From NCBI GenBank assembly GCA_012295275.1, contig CM022672.1:26722001-26786000 (forward strand): a DNA stretch of 64,000 nt. Reading direction: 5' to 3'. A program made the position numbers and the translations under genes. Of the stretch, positions 50,266 to 64,000 are shown one piece after another. The number at the start of each line of letters is the position of its first letter. Within the stretch, counting starts at the first letter, position 1. The notes under the pieces were generated by a model. It saw only the letters and a list, made by a program, of their open reading frames with translations, had not been told where the DNA came from and did not search any database. This stretch comes from Chrysomallon squamiferum. Lineage: Eukaryota > Animalia > Mollusca.

Positions 50266-53200
50266 ACGTCATGAATTACTTGTAAGAGAACAAGACCCAG
50301 TGGATGAAAATGACAAAGGTCACAGTTACTTTGATGTTAAATCTGTATCAATGTCTTGAAGAAGGAGAGAACAACATTATTAGTCATAGTAGTATAATTT
50401 TATTATTTTTATGAATATGAGTATGATTATGATTATAATCATTAGTCGTATTAATAGTAGTAGTAGTAGTAATAACAGAAATAATAGCAGAAATACCAGT
50501 GCAGTAGTAATAGTAGTATAAGAGGGCTGTATGGTGGTAGAAGTGATTGTGTTAATCAAAGTGGTGATGGCAATAGTAATACAGTGATGATAACTGTAAT
50601 AGTAATAGAAGTTACTGTAATAGTAAAAGAAATGAAGGTGATATAGAAAATAGTTTTATAAAAATAATGATGCATTTAAGAAATAGATATATTTTATTTT
50701 ATTTATTTTGTATTTGTTTTTGTTTTTTTTATTTAATAGATGTATGTATATTAACTATTTAATAAATAAACCATATATTTATTATGTTTTTTTTTTTTTG
50801 TTTTATGATGCTTTAGTTTCTTCATGGATGTTATTATGTTATGGATCAAAAATGAAAAACAAAGGAGTGTTGTTAGTAAATCAATTGATTTCCACAAATG
50901 TAGTGGAAAACATAACGATCACTTTTGAGCATTAACATTTTGTCCATTGTATTTTTCATTGACAGACATCCAGTATAACAAATATGTAAGCATTTTCTGT
51001 ATTGATTTCATTGAAAACCCAGAATGGTTAAATTCCATTGTAATAAGCAAACATTTTGATGAAATAGGAACTAAAAAATCAATTGCCAAAATGAAGAGGG
51101 GAAAAAGAAATTTGTATTTTGAGATGCATTTTCTTATATTTACAAATTAGAGTTTAACGGAGTTCCATTCTGTTACTAATGCACTGATATGACTTTCTGC
51201 TTGTTTTATTGTTGTTTTAATGGTTTTATGTTTGTTCTTTTGGTGTCATTTTGTTATTTTATTTAATGGGTTTTTTTTTTTTTTTGGTGTTACAGTTTAT
51301 GAGATTTTCATTTGCTGTTGGTTGATAGAAGTAGCCATCACAACAGTAACACAGGTATTCTGTCTTGAAAAATAAATCAAACATAGAATTTTCATCCAGA
51401 TTTTGACAAATCTTACACATCATGAGACCTTAGGCTGATTCTTAATCTGGCCAAACTAATCAAAATACATTTGACTTTAACAGTTGTCAGTTTCTGTTGA
51501 GATAACATTTAACAAAAACACAACTTTCTTTTCAGTATTCAGTATTTCATTAGAGCTTAAAAATGAAACATATAAGAACATACAAAGATACACTGATAGA
51601 TTAAAAGAGAACAAATGAAAGAGTTTATTTATTTATTTATTTGTTAATTTAAAGTCATATGTGTGAACAGATACACAGACACACACATATAAAATAAAGA
51701 AGAAAAAAAGACTTACTTAGTTTGTTGTAATTCTCCATGTCAATCTGTATATCATTATTTTGTTCTATATTTGAGGCCATCAGGGGAGGTTTCAGTGTGT
51801 CTTAGTGTACAGGAATACTGTAAGTTTAACTGTCATGTGACTTTTAACATTGAATCAGGTCAGCTTACCTCTGTTTATATACTCTTACTTGGTGGCGATA
51901 TCCGTATGTCCCAAATACAAATTATCACATGAACTTTAGTCATGTATGTTGTAATCAAATACAAATGTTGTGAAACTACCATCACCACCATTATACAAAA
52001 GATGGTGTAGTTCAGCTCTCATCTAAAGTGGTTTCATTTCCGTGACCTGTGTGTTGCACAACATCAGTTTAAGTGAGATACATGCAGTGTAGAGGTTATC
52101 CTCCATTAATAAATTTTGTTTTATATAAAGGTGTTTGTTAATTTTCATTCTATTTATACGATGCTTGGTATTCTGTGCAGGTATTTTGCAAATTTTAAGT
52201 GTTTTAGTTTGTACCTAAAATTATGTTCTTTACCTTTTTTCATTCATGTACAGATGTTCTAGACAGGAGTTTTAAAGGAATTAATAAATATCAAACAGAT
52301 CCTGTTTTAAAGTGTATTAAGTTGTATCTGTTAAAAACATTAATCATTCTTTATTTTTCATTGTTCATTTTATTTTTGAAATAAACAAATCCACAAATAA
52401 AGACGACCTCCAGTCACACAGACTTGCAGGAAAAACGGTCTGGTATCTATACTACAGAACTACTGTTGTACAACTAACATCATTGCCAACAGTACTACTA
52501 CAACTAAAGCTAATACTACCATTACAATGTCTGCTCTGCTACAATTATGATATTTTTTCTCCTGCTATCATTACTACTACTACATGTACTAATGCCATTA
52601 TAACTGTAATTATTATATTTGATTGTTTTGTGTTCACAAAGAAAAATAATCATCTTTCTGACGTTTAGCAACATAAGCGTACATGTTTGTGTGGATAGTA
52701 CTGATTTTTATTAATTGAAAAACGCCTTTGGCCTCAATCCATAACAGAACACTGGACATTTCCCATAACATAGTAAAAAGTTTGCTAGTTCATTATTCAA
52801 CCGTGATGAAGTATATTTGTTATGCCTGGTTGCTTTTTATTTGTTTTCCATCATTCCGTAAACAGAGCAGTCAAAATTCGCCCTGCATTTTATTTATTGA
52901 TCATCATAATCTCATTAACATCATCATAATAACGACATCAACAACATTAAAAACATTCGAATTCCGTTGGTTTTACAATACAAGGGAGATAATCGACGCG
53001 TTCTTTGGAAATCTTAATTTTTACGAAGATAAACGTTTATTAAGGCTGTGTACTTTTAGCGTTACATAATTATAATGCAGCGAAGTGTTATTTCTTAGCT
53101 GTTTGTTAAGGAATATTTTAATAAATACTTTGTTATCTCTGTTTTCGATTTTTTCAAAAATTTAAAGTTAATGTATCCAAACAAAAATTGTATTTGCAGG

Positions 53201-53445
53201 CGTTTGTGTTTGATTTTCGATGTATTTCTCCCGCCTTTTTCTGTTTGTCTGCATAACAGCAGTAGCAACAACAACAACAATAATAAAACAAATCGCTATT
53301 AATATTATTAAGCTTATTATTAATAAAACAGAAAACATAACTGGGCCAAAATACCAGGAAAAAGTAAGAAATGAATGTGCCAGTTTATACGGTATACACA
53401 TTTCAGAGTTGCGGTTCGCTGATTAAATTTGGTTTAATACCGTAC

Positions 53446-53464
53446 CTGCACAAATAATTGCCAT
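53446..53464 (-). CDS. Candidate - strand ATG exon (MAIICA, phase 1); distal stomatin start or part of a divergent transcript
   Basis: ATGGCAATTATTTGTGCAG|gtacgg with a possible acceptor at 53505. The phase fits the 27455 acceptor. Confidence 0.28.
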
Positions 53465-53620
53465 TTATCACAAATGTAAGTTTTTTAATATAATTTCTTA
53501 AAAGCTGTCAGACTAATATTAACGAAAGTTAGCATTTGCTTGGCAACTGTATAGAAAAATGTTATGGATGCTCGTAAACTGTAATGTCGAAATAAATACA
53601 AATGATTTTTCAATTTATCA

Positions 53621-53664
<44 letters not shown>

Positions 53665-54176
53665 GAATCGGACAAAAATTAGCATTTGAAGCTGAAACAG
53701 ATTTTAAAATGATGATTTCTGCACTTTATATATAAACCTTTTTAGTAAACCTTGTTTACTATATATATGAAGTTATACCTTAGCACTACTGCGCATACAA
53801 AGACACACACAAAAAAAAAAACAAATCGTCGAATTTATCAGGAATGCATTGTTATTAATATACGTAGTATACCATAGGTCCTATAGTCATCCAAAAAAGA
53901 AACAAACATTTCTGAAACTATTTTGCAGTATTTAAGCAGTTCGGTTATAGTAGAAGTTTAATATCAAAGTGGCAAGGCCCATTTTGATCCACGTTCGTAT
54001 TTTATATTCAGCCAGCACACATATGGTTTTCATAATTTAAACACAGATAATATGGTAAAATATTAACTTTATTTCTCTAAGTGGAAAACACAAAATAGAC
54101 AAAATTAGACACTCTGCATCACTTTCCTTTTCCAGTGTTCTTTTCAGTGAACTAAATCCGAATTTTTTATTATTTA

Positions 54177-54219
<43 letters not shown>

Positions 54220-54439
54220 TTTTTTTATTATTATATTTATTTGGGGGTTGGGGGGTCTTTATTGTTGTTTTTTTTTTGTGTGTTTTTTTTTTGGGGGGTT
54301 ATGATGATTTATTCTTGAGAAAACATTAAAACCGTGAAATTGACAGACAGGTTTTGGTTCGAACGTATGTACCGTACACAGTTCTTCTAAATGATATTCC
54401 CATAGGCGGGAAAGAATAGCACGTGAGTCTTTGAATCAA

Positions 54440-54489
<50 letters not shown>

Positions 54490-55590
54490 TAGACACACAC
54501 TCACACACGTAATATTTACGCTTTCATTGCATTTTAAAAATATGTCTTTTCTATATATTAATTTTGAGAACAGTGAAACTAGTTATTGTCAATTAATCGT
54601 CTCTGCTTAAAAATTCCCATTAGTGAAGATACAATATATATATAATATATACGTTTGTTTCTAAAATATATCATAATCTACAATAATGTGTTATTATCTG
54701 TTAAATACTGGTCCCCAGGAACAAATACATTTTTTTATTTTTTTTTTTTGGAAGTATTCTAAAATATACCAAAACTCTTTGTTCCTAACATGATGGTTAC
54801 AGATCGATCTTACCGCAATTCAGAACAATACACCACATTTTTTTTTTATTATTATTTTTTTTTTTTACTTTTCATTTTTCCAAAACTAGAGAGGTGTTTA
54901 TTAAAGCAGAGGAATGACATTTACACAGATGAATAATAATGTACGCGAATGTTAAACTATCGATTGTACCTGAGTGATCATGTGTGTCAATAAAAATACG
55001 TTTGTTCGAGTTATCCATTCAATGGTATTGTTAACTTGGTAACGGGATCTACATATTGATTTTATGCTGAACTTTACCGTTTAGCGCGCCGACCGAAAAT
55101 CCGAAATTATTCTGGTGTTTATTACAAACTAACAGAACATAAAACAGATAAAGAGCTGTTGCAAGTCTTTCAAATAATCTGTTTATTAATAATGACTGGG
55201 TTTTTTGTTTGTTGTTGTTCTTTTTGTTAATAAATAAATAAATACGTTTCTTTTTTATCGTATGATATGAAAATTATGATTCGTTTTAATATAAAAATGA
55301 CCGGCAATGATAGTAAAACATTAAATAATAAAAAAAAATAAAAATTCGATATTTTAAATCTGTCTCTCACGTTTTAAAACATTTTGTTGTTGGATACCTT
55401 TTTATAAACTGAAACAGTATTAGAGTATAGTAACTTTTCTATAAATTCTACTCTCAAATACATGAACTCAGAACTGCTAAAGACATTATCAGAAAAACAG
55501 TTTCAGATATTCCAAACGCTTTTTTCTTAAATGATAAATAAGCTAGAACTTTGATAGCGTTAAGTAACAATTATAGTTTACTTGTTTTCT

Positions 55591-55639
<49 letters not shown>

Positions 55640-56024
55640 ACAGTTAAAAAGTGACATGACAATATCATGAATATGGAGTCGCAATGACGAATCAAATTAC
55701 GACATTAAAATAAAAACAATTAATCAGTTAATACGTGCATAAATCGCGGAAGCCGAGCACTTAACAAATTATCGAAACTGCAAGTTATTTGTTTTAGTCC
55801 GTTATCTAGTGTGTTGTAATGTTTTAACACCACAGAAATCGATCTTGCGCAATCCGCGATCTCAGCATGCGAAGATGTCCTCCTGAAACGCACAGTTTCA
55901 TTGGTCAGTGTGATTTTCCGTATCAGGCTTCCAGGCCACTTCCATTATCGTTTCTTGGCAGAGTGTTCAGCTGTAACTACTGCACGATTTGAACAGACAG
56001 TTTAGAAGGTCGATCTCGATAAAA

Positions 56025-56088
56025 ATGGCCGAGCCATCGTTAAAGCGGCACAATTCAAATACAAACGACGCAAATTTCGTGTTTGGAG
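56025..56088 (+). CDS. Second (alternative) first coding exon of the unidentified + gene (MAEPSLKRHNSNTNDANFVFG, phase 1)
   Basis: AAAAATGG start context and GAG|gtaaat donor, 64 nt, at the CpG peak. Same phase and a similar end (V-Y/F-G) as the 45562 exon. Confidence 0.75.
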
Positions 56089-56889
56089 GTAAATAGTTCA
56101 TTAGCATTTCTATCGGACCAGGTATATATAATAATTATAATAAGTTTGTTTCGCAAATGTATACTGTTAGGATTGCTTTGTAATTATAAGCTACTGGTAG
56201 GTGATTGTACAAATAATAATATTAATAAGATGCTTTATATTTGTTACATATGTTTAAATGAGCACGTGTGTAAGTGCATGTGTATGTTTACCAATTAAAA
56301 TCGAGGTAACTACGATATCAGAAAACTATATTAATTTTTAAGTCATGTTGTTTTATTTTAAACGTCAGTACTAATAATAGAATAAATTGCATAAACTTTG
56401 TCAAAAATAAAGTTACAAAATAGGTTTGAAATTATAAATGGTACCTAATTAATTGTTGATAGAAAATTACAATGATTTATTAAACTATTAAAAATAATAT
56501 AAAAAATAAAAAAATGTATTTGTGTTTCACAGACAGTTATAGTATTCCATTAATTTATTAGAAGCTTAACATTTTATGAAATTTGCCCCATTTCTGAGTA
56601 CTAATTTTTACATATTTATCATCATTATCACTCTTCATTCACAATCACATTTAATTTTTTTTATCTGAAAGTTGTTTTATAGTATTTATTTATTTATTTT
56701 TTTATTTCATTTTACTTTTTTATTTTTATTTTGTTTATTTTTGATTTTTGTTCTTTATTATTTTAATGGAAAATAAGGCTTTTATATTATTTATTTATTT
56801 AATTTAATTTAATTTTATTTTTTTATTTATTTTTTTGTTTAAATTTTATTTATTTGACTCTGTATTGTTCCAGCAAATACAGTATACCC

Positions 56890-57450
56890 TTGACTGTTCG
56901 CAGTTCCCATTCATGACCCCCCGATATTCTCGCTAAGACTGGCTAATTAACAGTGTCTAACAGATAGTTTAACTGAAAGCTTTTAAACTGTTAGCTCACA
57001 GCAGATGTAAAAGCCAAGAGTTGTATTTCTTTTCTTCTTCTTCTTTTTTTTCTTCAACAAAACATTCTCAGAATTCTTATGTTTACTGGCAGTTTGTATT
57101 GTATGTGTTTCATGTGGTACAGTAAAACCTATTTTTGTCAAGGAACTGCTTTTGCAGATTTTACTAAGGATTTTAAGGTTTGACTGCCTGACGAATGCAT
57201 TCCTCATCTTTACCCAACATTTAAATACATTTAACTTTTAATGGTTTGAATCATACGTTGTTTCATCATACAGTCACTGTCACTACACTGAGCACTCTTA
57301 TAAACAGAAAACCAGCTTTTGATGCAATGTCTGGATTGGGAAATAACCCAAGAGATAAACTGAGAAGGATTGACCAAACAGTTTTGAGTGCACAGAATCA
57401 GTTTTCCTCGCTGACCCATTGAGTTACTTTGTATTTCTTCCATTCATTGC
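56890..57450 (-). mobile_element. Highly decayed non-LTR retrotransposon (LINE) reverse-transcriptase fragment
   Basis: The - strand translation SMGQRGKLILCTQNCLVNPSQFIS resembles the LINE RT motif GIRGKLLxWIxxFLxNRxQxV. It is followed in the expected order by an SKxCK-like segment and NTTLGF (cf. ANRTLGF). Broken by stops and deletions. Confidence 0.5.
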
Positions 57451-59472
57451 CCATTCTCTAATTATGTTAATTAAGACTAAGACACGCTTTGTCTTATCAA
57501 AGCACATTTAGAGATACAATAACAATCAAAAATCAATGTAATTAGGATGGCCTTAGAGAAAAAATTAAAATGTGATTATGGTGTAAAATTGTGGAATTCT
57601 TTAGGTATTATTGTAGTGGTTAATATACAAAATTTGCTGTTGTGTCTTTTATTAAATATTCTTTACAGACCTCAATAATTCTTTTATTTATTTATTTATT
57701 TATTTATTTTGCAAGCTACCTCTTTTTGACTTGAGTAAATGATTAGGTATTGATATAAATATTAAATTAAAAACATATTCAATTTTATTTTTAGGGTAGC
57801 ATAAGCATCTCTATATAAAAAAAAAAAAAAAAAAAAGTTTTCTCATTGATCAGTTGTTTGCAGAATGCAGGTTTATAGTAAAGTGGGCTTGACTGTATCA
57901 ACAACTAAATTAGTTCTAATTACATCTTTCTACATACATTATATGTAGCCTGACATTTTGCACCTGACTCAAATCAACAGTCTCAGCATGATTACTCTCT
58001 AACAGTGTTACTCTTAGAGGTTGCCTTGTTCTAAATCATTTCACATTCTTGACAATGTTACGTTTTACATTTGTAAGTAATAAATGTAACCCCTGCAGTG
58101 TTTTAGTGAATATTGTAAACATTATGTATGTTTAACTGTGCAAGTAATTAACATTTTTATTTAGTATTTTGAGTTTACTGTATTATAATGAAAAACAATG
58201 AGCAGTATTAGGTATACAAGAGTGTGTATGTGTGTGTAAAATTAACTACTGATTTTTAGCTATGTGTATATATATATATAAATTCACACAGCTGCTGTAG
58301 TTATTAAAATAAATATAAGTATGAAGACATTTACACAAGTATTTATATTCTGACATTTTCAGAATGACTCACAAAAATAATAACAAAAAAATAACGACCC
58401 ATACAGAAACCATACTCATACACTAAATACTAAAAGTTTATGAAGCATAATAAATATTTTTTATTTACTGTATAAGTAACTTAAAGGAATACATTATTGG
58501 AAATATTCTAATTTTGCATTGTTACAATACATTATCATGTCTTTCTGTTTTAAAAAAAAAAAAAATAGTTTACTAAACTAAAAGCCCCTCTTTTTGTAAT
58601 ATCACAAAAGTTTACATGATCTTGAGATATTATAATCATAATTATTAACAGCTGATATAAAAATATAAGCAATATCATAAAATAGTCAACTCTGTTTCAC
58701 AGAATTTACCATATAGTTTCATTTGACTTGTAACATGTAAAATGTATTTTGTTTATGACACTCAGGTATTACATAGATCATCCAGAGATAATATAAGTAA
58801 CTGATATTAATATATATTTTTAATAAGTACAGTTTCCCTACATGAGTTGTATTTTTTTATATATATATTTATTTTGCATATGCACTGTATAGAGAAGTGA
58901 CTTTATTAATTATTCAAACTGAAATGTTTAGTGATGTGTAAATCCCCAAAGCTTTAATAAAACATTTATTTTTTTATTACCTTGTGCAACCCATAGAAGT
59001 TACAAACACTATTAGAAAAATGTATTTAGCCTTTTTATGATTATATTTCAAATGCTACAAAGGTTGCAGTATATGGAGTATTATTAATGTGAATGTTTTT
59101 TATTTCTTTTGACTGTATAACTAGGTCTATGTTACTGATTTTTTTAGGAGATAGTTTACATATGCTTTGTGTGTACGACAAATGTGAAAGATTAATTGCT
59201 GCTAATTATAAAAGAGTAACTTGCTGCATAGCCTGTTCTGATATCTCATTTGTTCTTAACTATGTGTGTGTTTCAAAATTAGTATATTTTAAAACACACA
59301 CACACATGCAAAATGCAAATGATTGGTAAATTTCAATTTAATATAACCTATAACATTAACAAAAAAATGTGAATATATTAATATGTATTTAATGTTTCAT
59401 CAAAGAAATCATAAATGTCCAACAAATTTATTTTGTTATTTTGTGGGTTAACTGTCAAAGCAAATTAAAAGA

Positions 59473-59506
<34 letters not shown>

Positions 59507-62500
59507 GTAATAAAATTAATTAAAAAATACATTTTAATAAGATGAAGAATAAAAGAAAACAAAATAAGAAAATAAAGTAAAATAATATGCAAATAAATAA
59601 TAACAAAAAACAACAACAACAATAACAAAAACCCCACACTTTCCATTAAGTTTTTTATGTTTTAGTGAGAGAGTTAAGTTTAATGAAATTCATAATTATT
59701 ATCAGAGAGTGCCTATAAGGTTCCTAAGTCTACTTTATATTCTACCAAATGTAACAAGCCAGAGATTTATTAAATAATAATATCCATTTGAAGATATGTG
59801 TGTAAATGAAAGTGACATCTTGGCAGTCATTTTTTAATTAAACAACTAGTGCTAATATTTGACATATTGTACACAAAATTACAATTTATTTTAAATTATC
59901 AAAGGTTATCCTTACTGTTCTTGTAGCCATTGGTTTATTAAATGGATAATCATATCTAAATATCTATGGTAAAAGTAATTTCAGAATTCAGAATGCAGAT
60001 CTTAATCACTTTGTCATGTTAACTGCTTTGGACTAGGGAGCCAAGATGACTGTGGCCTGTTGCAAATTGGGATAGGTCACATAAACCATTGACATCTGTG
60101 AAAATAAGCAATTTTGATGATGTGAGAGAAATGAATATGAAACTGTTACAAATTTATTATTAGTTTGGTGTAAACAAAAAAAGAAGAAACCTAGGAAAAA
60201 GAACTAAAGGGTCTCACTTGATGGTTTTAAGGTGGAAAAACATTATTCATCAGACTTACTCAAAAATTATATCGTTTCTATGCTTGTATGATCCAGTAAA
60301 GTGGAATATATCAGTTTGATTTAGATTTAAATCCAAACTACAAGACATGAAGGCTTAAACATGTGTCAGGGGAATAATTTATTCTGTGTATGGCTCATGA
60401 AAATTCCACAGAGTTCTGTTCTCTTCATGTTTACATACACAGAGATTAGATAAATATTTTTCTGTATGCTGGGATATGTACAGTGTTATTGGCCATGACA
60501 TTTGTGCATAAGAAAGAGATTATAAATTGTCTAGATTTTGTTTTTCTTCTTCTTCCTGTCATGATTTCTGTAGTTAGTGTTTTGTTACAGTTATTATTAG
60601 CAGAGATTTTTATTTACATGTATTTATTTTACATCAGCAATTCAGACAGAAAAACTGGAATGTTATAAATCAAAATAGAAAGAATACAACTTTATTTTGA
60701 CATTCCTTTTTGTGATTCATTTTCTGCAGGCAATTAGAAAATGAATTATTTATATTTTACAGATTTAAAAAATATCAACAACAGTAAAAAAACAAGCACA
60801 AAAAATACTAATATCTGTTTGATGAATGCCAGTAAACCTATGTTAAAAGCATTGGTATTGTTTTTTCTAACATTTGCAAAGAAAAAAAAAAGAAGAATAA
60901 AATAAATGAATAATTTTTTTTTTTTTGACTTTTTGTTATTAGTCCAAATTGTAGCACACATACTTTTTTTTATAAGACTGAATTACACTTAATCTATTTA
61001 AACTATATTTAACAGCTCCAGATATTATTAAAGAAGTAGTATGTATCTGTATATTTTTATATGCATATTGAATTATGTTTTCTTCATTTATCCAGTAAAA
61101 ATTAGTAAAGTCTGTCAGATTAGATGTAATTCATATGAGTACTACAAGTATTCTTTTTATTTTTTTTTACTTTATTTTATTTTATTATGTTTTTTTTTCC
61201 TTATAACTGATAATTGTTATGAGTGAAATTATGAATTTTAAAATAATAACTACACTATACTTTATTCTAATATTTTGAAGATATTAATACAGAAATAATA
61301 AATTAATAAATAAACTAATTAAATAACAATAAATAGAATAAATAAATAAATAAATAGTAACATAATAATTTTTTTGTTTTTTTTCACTGAAGTCTATATT
61401 TCTTTTGAATACATGAATATTTTTACTGGCCTTTTTATCTTCCATTAAAATTAATATCATGAGAAAACCACAACCCCCCCAAAAAAAAAACACACCCAAA
61501 AACAAATCAGTTTATAATTGATTATAAAGATGATGTAAGTAAATACTAATAATGATGTTTCTATTCAGTTAGTTAATTGAATCATATTAGTTTCAGTTAT
61601 CCATCTTGAAAACTGAACTCTAGCATGTGGTATACAACATTACTTTTCCAAATCCAGTAATAGAAGATGAATGATTGTGAAACCTAAGACTGTTTATCTC
61701 ACTAAATAATGGCAAACATAACAATTTTCTATTACTGGTTCTAATAAGACAAATATCTGGTTGTTGTTGTTAGCAAAATTACTTTCATGTTTTTGTTTGG
61801 CTTTCTAAAATTTTAAAAAAGTTATTTAGTATTTCTTTTCTTTTTTTTTCCATATTCCTTTGATACTTTCAAAAGACCACAGTTATTTCCTTTTCTTTCT
61901 CTATTTTATCTTTTATCTTTTTTCTTTTTTTTATGTGTATTCTTCTTAACCATCTTATTATTAATATAATAATCTTGTGGTTTTTTTAGCTGTTATAAAA
62001 TTGCAGTGTTATTTCCTTAAGGCAAAATTATTTGGAGCATAAATTGCTGGGAGTTGCTGGTTACAATATGTTTGCAGATTAAATAGATTTAAACAGTGGC
62101 AGAACATTCTTTTAAGAATAATTAATTTTATAATCAGTGTTACATTTTCCATTAACAGATTTCAGTATTCATTTGTAATCAGATTTGATAATTAAAATGT
62201 TCTTTCATTAGAAAATAAGTTCATTTTATATATAAAATATTAATTTTTAATGAAATAAAATAATAATAATAATAATAAAAAAAGAGCCTATGTAAAAAAA
62301 AAAGTATGTCTATATAGCTTAAAATCCTCAGTTACAAGAAATATAAATACAAATTAATAAATATTAAAACCTTTAATATCTAGAAGCTTTTTTTCATCAA
62401 AAGCTTTGTTTACTTCTTAAGAAAATAAATAAAATAAAAGATTAATTTAATAATAATAATAATAATCAGTATCATTAGAATAATATGGAAAAAGTTTTAA

Positions 62501-62747
62501 TTTCTGTGTAAACTGGTTTAAATTTTGCTACAGAAAAATACAACAGAAACAACAACAAAAAAACAACCTAAGAAAGAAATGATAAAAATCAATAGGCTAA
62601 TCTTGTACAAGGTTTTCTACTTGGCACACAATATGTAATTTTTTTTTATATGACTAATGGTGATTTTTTATCTTGTTGACATGTGATGTTGATGCTACTG
62701 ATGTAGAAAACAGAATGATGTTATTGTTGAGACTATACAGATAAATA

Positions 62748-63144
<397 letters not shown>

Positions 63145-63569
63145 GTACATCAAACCATTCCTGAACATCATTCAGGACAACAGAGCTAATATATTTTGAC
63201 TTACATTAACAAAGAAATATTCCCAGTTGCTAAATAAAGCTTTATCATTAGTTTCAATTATTAATATATATGTGTACTCGGAATGTATGGTGACTTCGAT
63301 GTACATAAAGCTGGATTTATTGCTTTTACCTGTATGCTAATTACAAAAGTATCTGCTGAATTGTGAAAGCTTTCATATCTCTCTCTTATAAGTAGTGTAA
63401 TAAATGCAAGCAGGTTTTGTATCAGAGTTGTTATAGTACTGTAACAAATGGTTTTTTGGGGTTTTTGGTTTTTTTTTTTCAATTTTTCTTGAACATTAAG
63501 TTATTATTATTATTATTTTTATTCTCATTATTATTATTATTATTATTAGTAGTAGTAGTAGTAGTAGTA

Positions 63570-63634
<65 letters not shown>

Positions 63635-64000
63635 CCCTAAATAATGTGATGATCTCAGGTATTGTTTCCTGATTTATCATATAATAAATATTAACTTTAG
63701 ACAATAATATTAATAGAGACAAAAAAAAAAAATCCGGTATAATTTTTTCTTAGACAGAAAACAGATGGATGAAGTTATGAATATATAGTGTGTCAGAGTC
63801 TGTTTACACATAAATATATATATAGAAAGACAAACATAAAAACAAATGTGTAAATTGATAAACATGTATTTGCATGTAAGTTCATACATAAGTTATTATA
63901 TATGTGTGGGTGTTCAAGCCAGTCATATGTTATAGACAATTTATATAGCAATGTAAGAGACAAGTAGACCAGAATAAGCCTCTACTTATATTGTAAAGTG

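Larger units (their letters stand above)
52400..56330. promoter_or_regulatory. Second CpG-retaining promoter region
   Basis: Frequent CpGs, densest at ~55.68-56.1 kb. Reverse CCAAT (ATTGG) at 55900-55904 upstream of the ATG exon at 56025. Several - strand donor sites. Confidence 0.62.

Overview
Very AT-rich, microsatellite-rich animal genomic DNA with spliceosomal introns (an invertebrate, probably a lophotrochozoan such as a mollusc; this is inference). It is not prokaryotic, and most entries in the ORF track are chance or repeat-derived. Contents: (1) the last seven coding exons of a GAPVD1/RME-6 (VPS9-domain Rab5 GEF) gene on + (1-5498); (2) a complete, convergent stomatin/band-7 (SPFH) gene on - (15980-44791, 289 aa for the main reconstruction); (3) two CpG-retaining promoter regions (~44.4-45.7 kb and ~52.4-56.3 kb), each carrying a phase-1 ATG exon of an unidentified + strand gene whose body lies beyond the window; (4) minisatellites, a ~4 kb tandem duplication in stomatin intron 1, and a decayed LINE fragment. 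The most notable element is a pair of 56-nt mutually exclusive exons in the stomatin SPFH domain (SSLDEATDPWGVKVERVEV versus a two-cysteine variant TNLDECTEPWGICVERVEI). The pair sits among nested intronic inverted repeats, a competing hairpin over the variant donor, a branch-point hairpin and RBFOX motifs, which suggests an RNA-structure splicing switch. Several candidate alternative first exons, an 8-nt microexon and two acceptors 8 nt apart suggest additional N-terminal diversity. All structures were read by eye; no folding, alignment or database search was run.
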